Virus record (IMG/VR): IMGVR_UViG_3300017778_004783
Location: 1 to 25,854 of that record
DNA from: a virus
Taxonomy: Duplodnaviria; Caudoviricetes
DNA: 25,854 bases
Direction: 5' to 3' (one strand)
Shown one piece after another: positions 1-8,111 of the stretch. The notes beneath the pieces are model-generated. The model saw nothing but the letters and a program-made list of their open reading frames with translations. It searched no databases and was not told the DNA's origin. Position 1 is the stretch's first letter; each line of letters opens with the position of its first letter. A program made the position numbers and the translations under genes.

Positions 1-28
1 TGATATTTATCCAAAAAACAAATATACA

Positions 29-1399
29 ATGGCTGACAAAAATTTTGATTATTTAGGTAACTCTTTCCAACTGCAACTTTTAAATCAAATTGTGGTTGAT
101 AAAGATTTTGCACACTCAATTGTGGAAGTACTTGAACCAAATTACTTTGAAAATAAGTACTACAAATTGATTGTTCAAATGGTTAAAGAATATTATGAAA
201 AGTTTGAACACAGCCCAAGTTTTGAGACATTACAACAAAAAGCTAAAAGTGAAATTAGTCAGGAGTTATTGTTAAAAATAACTCTTGACACTATTTCAGA
301 TGTTAAAAATGTAGAAGATGAAGGAGTTCTATTCGTACAAGAAAAAGCATTAAAATTCTGTAAACAACAAGAGTTACAGAAGGTTATGGATAAGGCTAAG
401 AAAATTATTGATAACGGAGAATTTGAGAGTTACGACACTCTTGAAGAAATGGTTAGAGAAGCCCTACAGGTTGGTAATGTGGATAGAGGAACGGGTGACG
501 TGTTTGAAAATTTAGATGATGTTCTTGCAGATGATTACAGACACCCAATTCCTATGGGGATACCGGGTATTGATAACTTACTTAAAGGTGGGTTAGCAAA
601 AGGTGAGATTGGTGTAATATTGGCACCTACAGGAGTTGGTAAATCAACACTGACTACTAAAATTGCCAATAACGCTTTCAATATGGGATTTAATGTTCTT
701 CAGATATTTTTTGAGGATAACTATAAAATCATCCAAAGAAAACACTTTACGTGTTGGACAGGTATTCCACCTGATGACCTTGGAAATAATAAGGATAAAG
801 TATTGGCAAAAGTTGCTGAGATTAAAGAGACGATGACCAATAAGTTAATTATGAAGAAGTTACCTTCTGACACATTAACTATGAATCAGATTAAAAATCA
901 GATTAGAAAGTTGATTGCTGACGGTACTCGTATTGATATGGTTATTTTAGATTATATTGATTGTGTAACACCTGAAAAAGTTTTACAAGATGAGTGGAAG
1001 TCTGAAGGTTCAGTAATGAGAGGATTTGAATCAATGTGTCACGAATTGGACATCGCAGGGTGGACTGCAACTCAAGGTAATAGAAGTTCTATTTCATCTG
1101 ATGTGGTAACAACAGACCAAATGGGTGGTTCTATTAAGAAAGCTCAAGTGGGACACGTTATCATTACGGTAGCAAAATCATTACAACAAAAAGAATTAAA
1201 TCTTGCGACAATTGCAATTACAAAATCAAGAATTGGTAAAGATGGTGTTGTCTTTGAAAACTGTAAATTTAACAATGAAATGTTAGAAATTGATACAGAA
1301 AGTTCTATGACTTTCCTTGGACTTGAAGAACAAAAAGAGGAAAAGAATAGAAATAGAATAAAAGAAATTATGGAGAAAAGAAAACAACAAACAACATAA
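29..1399 (+). CDS. dnaB: Replicative DNA helicase, DnaB/T4 gp41-like (SF4)
   Basis: 456 aa. Walker A GVILAPTGVGKST, catalytic Glu in IFFED, Walker B MVILDYID, ATQGNR motif, KSRIG arginine finger, and GIPGIDNLLKGGLAKGE before Walker A as in DnaB. Confidence 0.92.
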   Translation: MADKNFDYLGNSFQLQLLNQIVVDKDFAHSIVEVLEPNYFENKYYKLIVQMVKEYYEKFEHSPSFETLQQKAKSEISQELLLKITLDTISDVKNVEDEGVLFVQEKALKFCKQQELQKVMDKAKKIIDNGEFESYDTLEEMVREALQVGNVDRGTGDVFENLDDVLADDYRHPIPMGIPGIDNLLKGGLAKGEIGVILAPTGVGKSTLTTKIANNAFNMGFNVLQIFFEDNYKIIQRKHFTCWTGIPPDDLGNNKDKVLAKVAEIKETMTNKLIMKKLPSDTLTMNQIKNQIRKLIADGTRIDMVILDYIDCVTPEKVLQDEWKSEGSVMRGFESMCHELDIAGWTATQGNRSSISSDVVTTDQMGGSIKKAQVGHVIITVAKSLQQKELNLATIAITKSRIGKDGVVFENCKFNNEMLEIDTESSMTFLGLEEQKEEKNRNRIKEIMEKRKQQTT

Positions 1400-1424
1400 T
1401 TATTAAAATAGAATAAGTAAAAAT

Positions 1425-2372
1425 ATGGAAAAATTATTAGAAAAAAATCCAAACCGATTTGTTATATTCCCAATTAAACATAACGATATTTGGGAATATT
1501 ATAAGATGCATCAAGCAGCGTTTTGGACGGCAGAAGAAATTGATTTAAGTGGTGACCTACGTGATTGGGAAAATTTATCAGATAACGAACAATATTTTGT
1601 AAAAAACATTTTATCGTTTTTTGCGGCATCAGATGGTATTGTAAATGAAAATTTAGCAGAAAATTTCTATCGGGAAGTACAATACCCTGAGGCGAAATTC
1701 TTCTATGGTATTCAGTTGGCTATGGAGAATATTCATAGTTTAATGTATTCTCTTCTTATTGATACTTACGTGTCAAATGAAGACGAGAAGAACAAATGTT
1801 TTACCGCTTTAGATAACTTACCAGCAGTTCAAAAGAAAGCTAAATGGGCTTTGGATTGGATTGATAATGCATCGTTTCAGGAAAGATTAGTTGCGTTTGC
1901 GGCAGTTGAGGGTATCTTCTTTTCAGGCTCATTCTGTTCTATCTTTTGGTTAAAATCAAGAGGTATTATGCAAGGATTGTGTAACGCTAACGCATTAATT
2001 TTTAAAGACGAAAACTTACACTGTGACTTTGCAATTCATTTATTAAACAATCACATTGAAAACAAACCGAGTGAGAAAAGAATTAAAGAAATTCTATTAT
2101 CAGCATTAGAGATTGAGAAAGAGTTCATTACTGAATCACTACCAGTTTCACTTATTGGTATGAATTCAAATTTGATGAAACAATATCTTGAGTTTGTCGT
2201 TGATGGATTATTAGTAAAGTTTGGATGTAAAAAACAATTTAACGTTGAGCAACCATTTAAATTTATGGAACAAATCGCAGTTGAAACAAAAGGTAATTTC
2301 TTTGAGTCACGTACTGTTGAATATCAAAAAGCTAAGTTAAATGAGACTATTTCCTTTACTGACGATTTTTAA
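1425..2372 (+). CDS. nrdB: Ribonucleotide reductase class Ia small (beta/R2) subunit, eukaryote/Bacteroidota-like
   Basis: [33 protein letters not shown] (ExxH plus radical Tyr), [15 protein letters not shown] (second ExxH), [13 protein letters not shown]-terminal FTDDF tail. Confidence 0.97.
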   Translation: MEKLLEKNPNRFVIFPIKHNDIWEYYKMHQAAFWTAEEIDLSGDLRDWENLSDNEQYFVKNILSFFAASDGIVNENLAENFYREVQYPEAKFFYGIQLAMENIHSLMYSLLIDTYVSNEDEKNKCFTALDNLPAVQKKAKWALDWIDNASFQERLVAFAAVEGIFFSGSFCSIFWLKSRGIMQGLCNANALIFKDENLHCDFAIHLLNNHIENKPSEKRIKEILLSALEIEKEFITESLPVSLIGMNSNLMKQYLEFVVDGLLVKFGCKKQFNVEQPFKFMEQIAVETKGNFFESRTVEYQKAKLNETISFTDDF

Positions 2373-2391
2373 TTTACTATCTTTTTAAACT

Positions 2392-4824
2392 ATGATGTCA
2401 CTTAAAATTAAAAAAAGAGGTGGGGACGATGCGTCCTTTAACCCACAAAAAATTTATCAAAGAATTAAACGTTCTTCAAAAGGATTGAACGTTAATTCAG
2501 ATGAAATCTTTATCAAGGTTATCACTTCAGTACCAACTGAAGGTATTATTACAACAAAAGAATTAGATAAGTTAATCTATGAAATTGCCGCGGCATTTAC
2601 AGGTAGTCATCACGATTATTCTCGTTTAGCGTCATCAGTTGCAATTTCATCTTACCATAAGGAAACTGACCCAAGTTTCTCAAATACTATGCATACTTTA
2701 CACGTTGAAGGTGTTGTTAGTAATGAGTTAATGGAGATTGTTGAAAAATATGGTCCGTCTAATATTGACGAAATTATTAATCACGACAATGATTATAACT
2801 TTGACTATTTTGCATGGAGGTCACTTGCTGAAATGTACTTGTTAAAATTACCTGATGGTAAGGTTGTTGAAAGACCTCAACATATGTATATGAGAGTTGC
2901 TCTTTGGGTAACTAATACATTTGAAGAAGCGATGGAGTACTATCAATCATTGTCAACACAAAGAATATCTCCGGCAACTCCGATTATGATTAATGCTGGT
3001 ACAAAGGTTCCACAGTTAGCATCTTGTGTCCTTCATTATAATGATTCAGATTCTCGTGAAGGTTTGTTGAATACAATGAGAGACATCTCAACCTATTCAT
3101 CTGATGCTGCGGGTATCGGACTATCAATGTCTAACATTCGTAGTAAGGAGAGTCGTATTACATCTTCAGGTGGATATGCGGGTGGACTTTTAAAGTATTT
3201 GAAGATTGTAAACGAGTCACTTCGTTTCTTTAACCAACAAGGACGTAGACCTGGTTCCGCGGCAATCTATTTGGAACCTTGGCATAAAGATGTCTTTGAT
3301 TTATTAGAGATTAAAAAGAACACAGGTGCTGAAGAGTTAAGAGCTCGTGATTTGTTTACCGCACTTTGGATTCCTGACAACTTTATGAACGCAGTTAAGA
3401 ACAACGACGATTGGTATCTGTTCTGTCCTAACGATATTATTAAAGCGGGTATCAAACCATTACAAGAAAGTTACGGTGATGAATACGAAGAAAATTATAA
3501 ATTAGCCGTAAGTATGGGTCTTGGTAAGAAAGTTAAGGCTCAGGAAATTTGGAATAAGATTATTGAATCACAAGTTGAAACGGGTGTTCCATATCTATGT
3601 TCTAAAGATAGTGCTAACAGAAAAACAAACCATCAGAACATTGGTGTTATTAAACAATCAAATCTTTGTAATGAAATCTATCAATACACTGACGAGAATA
3701 TAACCGCAATCTGTACTCTTTCATCTATGGTGTTAAAGAACTATGTAAAAGATGGCGAGTTTGATTTTCAGGGGTTATACGAGGAAACACGTAAGGTTGT
3801 TAGAGCGTTAAACAAAGTTGTTAACATTAACAATTACTCAACTGAAAAAGGACGTAAGGGTGGATTATACCAGAGAGCAATTGCTATTGGAACTCAAGGA
3901 CTTGCAGATGTATTCTATTTAATGGATTATATCTTCACATCTGATGAAGCTCGTAAATTGAATAAAGAAATCTTTGAAACAATTTATTTCGCATCAATTA
4001 CCGAGAGTAACAAATTGTGTATGGATGGTAAATATGAACCATACGCTTACTTTAAAGGGTCACCAATGTCAAAAGGAGTATTCCAATTTGATATGTGGGG
4101 ATTAAACGAAGATGAGTTATCAGGAAGATGGTCTTGGTCAACTCTAAAAGAAAGTGTTAGTAAGTATGGTGTTTGTAATTCATTATTTACAGCTCAAATG
4201 CCTGTAGCGTCTTCAGCTAAGATTACAGGGTCATATGAAATGACAGAACCTGCTCATTCGGCAATCTTCAACAGACGTGTAATTGGTGGTGAGATTATGA
4301 TTGTTAACAAGTATTTGATTAGTGATTTTGAGAAGATTGGAATTTGGTCTGAGGACTTAAAGAATGAAATCATTATGAATGAAGGTTCAATTCAAGGAAT
4401 TAACTTCTTGAATTATTTGGACCCTGAAGATAAAAGATATAACTTTAAAGTTAAGAGAATTGAAAGACTAATTGAAAAGTATAAAACAATTTGGGAAATC
4501 TCACAAAAGGCATTGATTGAAATGGCAGCTGACAGAGCACCGTTCATTGACCAGTCACAATCAATGAATATCTATATGTCAAACCCAACATTGTCAAAGA
4601 TTTCATCATCACATTTTTATGGATGGGAAAAAGGATTGAAGACACTTTGTTATTACGTTAGAACAAGAGCAATCTCAACAGGAGCAAAACACTTGGCTAT
4701 GGACGTATCAAAAATTAACAAACCAAAAGCGACTCCTGAACCACCAAAGGTTGATTACAGTTATATGAATTTACCTGACAAACCTGAAAATAGTGAATTT
4801 GATTGTTTTGGATGTTCTTCATAA
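2392..4824 (+). CDS. nrdA: Ribonucleotide reductase class Ia large (alpha/R1) subunit with N-terminal ATP-cone-like region
   Basis: ERPQHMYMRVA, SPATP, PQLASC (redox Cys), SNLCNEI (thiyl Cys/Asn/Glu), TAICTLSS, IDQSQSMN, GLKTLCYYVR, C-terminal CFGCSS. The start is ATGATG, so either 2392 or 2395. Confidence 0.97.
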   Translation: MMSLKIKKRGGDDASFNPQKIYQRIKRSSKGLNVNSDEIFIKVITSVPTEGIITTKELDKLIYEIAAAFTGSHHDYSRLASSVAISSYHKETDPSFSNTMHTLHVEGVVSNELMEIVEKYGPSNIDEIINHDNDYNFDYFAWRSLAEMYLLKLPDGKVVERPQHMYMRVALWVTNTFEEAMEYYQSLSTQRISPATPIMINAGTKVPQLASCVLHYNDSDSREGLLNTMRDISTYSSDAAGIGLSMSNIRSKESRITSSGGYAGGLLKYLKIVNESLRFFNQQGRRPGSAAIYLEPWHKDVFDLLEIKKNTGAEELRARDLFTALWIPDNFMNAVKNNDDWYLFCPNDIIKAGIKPLQESYGDEYEENYKLAVSMGLGKKVKAQEIWNKIIESQVETGVPYLCSKDSANRKTNHQNIGVIKQSNLCNEIYQYTDENITAICTLSSMVLKNYVKDGEFDFQGLYEETRKVVRALNKVVNINNYSTEKGRKGGLYQRAIAIGTQGLADVFYLMDYIFTSDEARKLNKEIFETIYFASITESNKLCMDGKYEPYAYFKGSPMSKGVFQFDMWGLNEDELSGRWSWSTLKESVSKYGVCNSLFTAQMPVASSAKITGSYEMTEPAHSAIFNRRVIGGEIMIVNKYLISDFEKIGIWSEDLKNEIIMNEGSIQGINFLNYLDPEDKRYNFKVKRIERLIEKYKTIWEISQKALIEMAADRAPFIDQSQSMNIYMSNPTLSKISSSHFYGWEKGLKTLCYYVRTRAISTGAKHLAMDVSKINKPKATPEPPKVDYSYMNLPDKPENSEFDCFGCSS

Positions 4825-4840
4825 AAAAATCCGATGTGTT

Positions 4841-4867
4841 ATCCCGAGCTAAGTCGGGATTTTTTTT
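4841..4867 (+). terminator. Intrinsic terminator after nrdA
   Basis: ATCCCGA-gctaag-TCGGGAT perfect 7-bp stem followed by a T-run, 16 nt after the nrdA stop. Confidence 0.85.
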
Positions 4868-4871
4868 ATTT

Positions 4872-4884
4872 ATAAACTATTTAT
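4872..4884 (+). promoter_or_regulatory. Candidate phage promoter/operator ATAAACTATTTAT
   Basis: An identical 13-mer occurs at 8087-8099. It lies just after a terminator and 4 nt before the ATG at 4889. Confidence 0.5.
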
Positions 4885-4888
4885 CGGT

Positions 4889-5656
4889 ATGTCTAATATT
4901 ATTCAGGAAGAAATTAAAAAAATCAGAGAGATGATGCTTTTGGAAAATTTAGTCCAAGAGGGTGGAGCGAAAAAATTAAAACAAACTTTAGACATTTTAA
5001 AAAAGAAAAAGAAAGTTTTATTATTAAGTTGTTCAAATAGGTATAATTGGGATGATAACAATATAGATGTTCCTAAATCAAAACTAATTGCAATGTATTT
5101 GAATGAAGAACTTGGAGACAAATCAGTTTTTATTGACGTTTCAGAATTGAAAATTTTACCTTGTGAAGGAAATGTATCAAGAAAAGATGGCAATAGTTGT
5201 GGACTTTTAAAGTCGTTACTTAAAGACGATAAAAAGAATCCTTCAGGATATCACAGATGTTGGGCTAGTTTAAATAATAAGACAGATGAACTTTGGAAAA
5301 TATCTAAAGAACTTTTTGAGTCGGATGCTGTAATATTTTTTAGTTCGGTAAGATGGGGACAATCAAATATGTTTTATCAAAATCTAATTGAGAGATTGAC
5401 TTGGATTGAAAATAGACATAATACTTTAGGTGAGAAAAATATCGTTGAAGGTATTGAGACAGGGTTTATTTGTGTTGGACAAAACTGGAATGGTGAGAAT
5501 GTCACTAAAACTCAAATGGATGTTCACAAATTTTACGGATTTGAACCAAATAAAAAACTTTATTGGAATTGGCAATATACTACTGATGTTTACGACGAAA
5601 CCAAATCTTCTTACAAAAAATCACATAAAAAATTTATTGATGATATGGGGTTATAA
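4889..5656 (+). CDS. Flavodoxin-fold protein (NAD(P)H-dependent FMN reductase / iron-sulfur flavoprotein-like) with an N-terminal extension
   Basis: KVLLLSCSNR (compare the ISGSPR FMN phosphate loop), LKILPCEG, and LFESDAVIFFSSVRWGQSNMFYQNLIERL (compare ADGIIFGSPVYFG...KxxIDRL). Confidence 0.78.
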   Translation: MSNIIQEEIKKIREMMLLENLVQEGGAKKLKQTLDILKKKKKVLLLSCSNRYNWDDNNIDVPKSKLIAMYLNEELGDKSVFIDVSELKILPCEGNVSRKDGNSCGLLKSLLKDDKKNPSGYHRCWASLNNKTDELWKISKELFESDAVIFFSSVRWGQSNMFYQNLIERLTWIENRHNTLGEKNIVEGIETGFICVGQNWNGENVTKTQMDVHKFYGFEPNKKLYWNWQYTTDVYDETKSSYKKSHKKFIDDMGL

Positions 5657-5683
5657 ATTTATTATTAACTCCCTATTAATAAC

Positions 5684-5706
5684 ATCCCGATTTGTCGGGA
5701 TTTTTT
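5684..5706 (+). terminator. Intrinsic terminator after the flavodoxin-fold gene
   Basis: ATCCCGA-tttg-TCGGGAT stem followed by TTTTT; the stem is identical to the 4841 terminator. Confidence 0.85.
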
Positions 5707-5741
5707 ATTTTTAATCATTTATTGAAAATATTACGACATTA

Positions 5742-5748
5742 TATTTAT
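5742..5748 (+). promoter_or_regulatory. Candidate promoter core TATTTAT before the baseplate operon
   Basis: Lies 5 nt before the ATG at 5754 and downstream of a terminator. The same core occurs upstream of ORFs at 29, 4889 and 8112. Confidence 0.45.
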
Positions 5749-5753
5749 ATCAT

Positions 5754-6215
5754 ATGGCGACAAACCAAACATACGGTGTAATTTTTCCTTTTAGGGATTC
5801 ATTCTACGGAACTTACTTATCACTATCAACAACAACTGACGAAGAGATTAGAAGTAATTTGATTCATCTTTTATTAACTAGGAAGGGTTCAAGATATTTT
5901 TTACCTGATTTTGGAACAAGATTATATGAATATATTTTTAATCCATTAGATGGATTATCGTTTGGTGATATTGAATCCGATATCAGAGTTTCTTGTGAAA
6001 AGTATTTACCAAACCTTTTACTAAAATCTATCAAAGTTACAGGAACTTCATCTGAAGAAGATGACAAAATTGTTTTAAGTAATGGGGCGGTGATAGATAG
6101 AACTTACAGTATGCCAGGTGAGGCGACAAGAGATTATACAGCTAAAGTTAGAATTGACTACCAAGTTCAAAACAACACTTTTGCTAGTAGTGATTTCATA
6201 ATTTTAAATATTTAA
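5754..6215 (+). CDS. Baseplate wedge protein, T4 gp25 / P2 gpW-like
   Basis: 153 aa. IRSNLIHLLLTRKGSRYFLPDFGTRLYEYIFNP matches the gp25/GPW signature (LxTxxGER...PxFG..L...LF.P), followed by KYLP. Confidence 0.9.
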   Translation: MATNQTYGVIFPFRDSFYGTYLSLSTTTDEEIRSNLIHLLLTRKGSRYFLPDFGTRLYEYIFNPLDGLSFGDIESDIRVSCEKYLPNLLLKSIKVTGTSSEEDDKIVLSNGAVIDRTYSMPGEATRDYTAKVRIDYQVQNNTFASSDFIILNI

Positions 6216-6222
6216 TTTTTAT

Positions 6223-8061
6223 ATGGCTAACAAAAAAATATCATATACAGTCAGAGATTTTGAAGCGATAAGAACGGAACTTATCAATTTTACAAAAACC
6301 TACTATCCTGATGTAGTACAAAACTTTAACGATGCTTCATTGTTCTCTGTGTTTATGGATTTAAACGCAGCCGTAACCGATAACTTACATTATAATATTG
6401 ATAGAAGTATTCAGGAAACTGTTCTTCAATATGCACAACAAAGGTCATCAATTTATAATATTGCTAAAACTTACGGACTTAAAATTCCGGGACAAAGACC
6501 ATCAGTTGCAATGGCTGAATTGAGTATTACTGTACCTGTTCTTGGAGACCAAGAAGATTTGAGATATTGTGGGTTTTTAAGACGAGGTGGTCAAATGATT
6601 GGTGGAGGTCAAGTTTTTGAAACTGTTGATGACGTTGATTTTTCGTCACCGTATAATTCACAAGGATTTCCTAATAGAGTTAAAATTCCAAACTTTGATA
6701 ATAATAACAATCTTATTAATTATACAATTGTTAAAAGAGAAGTATTAGTTAATGGAACTACTAAAGTTTTTAGAAGAACAATTAATGCTCAAGATGCTAA
6801 ACCATTTTTAGAAGTATTTTTACCTGAACAAAACGTACTATCAATTACAAGTGTCATCTTAAAAGATGGTACAAGTTACAACGGTATCCCTTCTTATAGT
6901 GATTTTTTAACTCCTAGTAACAGATGGTATGAAGTACCTTCACTTGCTCAAGATAGAGTGTTTGTGGAGGACCCTACAAAGACATCAGACAATCCTGGTA
7001 TTAAAGTTGGAACATACATTACAACAAATACAAGATTTATTTCAGAATATACTCCACAAAATTATTGTAAATTAACTTTTGGTGGTGGTAACAATTCTGC
7101 TGATGATATGTTACGAGATTTTGCTGCAAACGGTGTAGTTTTAGATTTAAGTAAGTATCAAAATAATTTTGGTTTAGGTAGTACTTTAAAACCTAATTCA
7201 ACCTTGTTCATCCAATATAGAATTGGTGGTGGTGCTGGTAGTAATTTAGGGGTTAATGTTATTAATCAAATTGGAACTATTAATTTCTTTGTTAATGGAC
7301 CAAGTCAAATAATCAGTAGTAATGTTATTAATTCTATATCTTGTAATAATATAACTGCCGCAATTGGAGGTTCGGATGTTCCAACAATTGAGGAGGTAAG
7401 AAATTATGTTTCTTATAACTTTGCGGCCCAACAAAGGGCAGTTACAATTAATGATTATCAGTCGTTAATTAATACTATGCCTTCTAAATTTGGGGCACCT
7501 GGTAAAGTGGCGATTGTAGAACAGGAAAACAAAATTAAAATCAAAGTTTTATCTTATGATTCAAGTGGGTCATTAACAAGTCAAGTATCAAATACTTTAC
7601 AACAAAATATCGCAAATTATTTATCAAACTATAGAATGATAAATGATTATATTTCAGTTGAAGCCGCTCAAGTTATTGATTTATCTTTTGATATTAGTGT
7701 GGTTTTAGATTCTTCACAAAACCAAGGAAATGTTATTACATCAATTATTAGTGTGGTTTCAGGTTATATGTCACCTGCTAGTCGTGAGATGGGTCAAAAT
7801 GTGTATGTTTCAGAAATTAGAAGACAAATCCAAAGTTTAAATGGCGTGATTAGTATATCTGACATATCAGTATTTAATAAGGTTGGTGGTGAGTATTCAT
7901 CAAGTCAAACATCTATGAGTTATTCTGATTCAACAACAAAACAAATTAGTTTAGTTGATGAAACAATATTTGCAGAACCAAGTCAAATTTACCAAGTTAA
8001 GTTTCAAAATAAAGATATTGTTGTTAGAACAAAGAATTTACAAACTGTCAATTTCTCATAA
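6223..8061 (+). CDS. Baseplate wedge protein, T4 gp6 / baseplate J-like
   Basis: 612 aa following gp25. N-terminal RDFEAIRTELINF, AQQRSSIYNIAKTYG, YRIGGGAGSN, AAIGGSD.PTIEEVR, AQQRAVTINDY motifs. Confidence 0.88.
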   Translation: MANKKISYTVRDFEAIRTELINFTKTYYPDVVQNFNDASLFSVFMDLNAAVTDNLHYNIDRSIQETVLQYAQQRSSIYNIAKTYGLKIPGQRPSVAMAELSITVPVLGDQEDLRYCGFLRRGGQMIGGGQVFETVDDVDFSSPYNSQGFPNRVKIPNFDNNNNLINYTIVKREVLVNGTTKVFRRTINAQDAKPFLEVFLPEQNVLSITSVILKDGTSYNGIPSYSDFLTPSNRWYEVPSLAQDRVFVEDPTKTSDNPGIKVGTYITTNTRFISEYTPQNYCKLTFGGGNNSADDMLRDFAANGVVLDLSKYQNNFGLGSTLKPNSTLFIQYRIGGGAGSNLGVNVINQIGTINFFVNGPSQIISSNVINSISCNNITAAIGGSDVPTIEEVRNYVSYNFAAQQRAVTINDYQSLINTMPSKFGAPGKVAIVEQENKIKIKVLSYDSSGSLTSQVSNTLQQNIANYLSNYRMINDYISVEAAQVIDLSFDISVVLDSSQNQGNVITSIISVVSGYMSPASREMGQNVYVSEIRRQIQSLNGVISISDISVFNKVGGEYSSSQTSMSYSDSTTKQISLVDETIFAEPSQIYQVKFQNKDIVVRTKNLQTVNFS

Positions 8062-8086
8062 GTTATTTATTTTTTTAAAATAGGGC

Positions 8087-8099
8087 ATAAACTATTTAT
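8087..8099 (+). promoter_or_regulatory. Second copy of ATAAACTATTTAT candidate promoter/operator
   Basis: Exact match to 4872-4884, in the 50-nt spacer before the 1772-aa ORF. Confidence 0.5.
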
Positions 8100-8111
8100 T
8101 AAAAAAATACT

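Noticed and set aside
29-4824. Inteins, introns or homing endonucleases in helicase/nrdB/nrdA
   Set aside because: Protein lengths are normal, catalytic motifs are contiguous, and no splice-junction, LAGLIDADG or HNH motifs were seen.
1425-4824. Eukaryotic or giant-virus (NCLDV) origin suggested by the eukaryote-like RNR
   Set aside because: The same RNR type occurs in Bacteroidota and their phages; operon structure, intrinsic terminators and contractile baseplate genes indicate a phage.
5662-5682. Inverted repeat TTATTAA-N7-TTAATAA upstream of the second terminator
   Set aside because: AT-only 7-bp stem, readily explained by chance at this composition.
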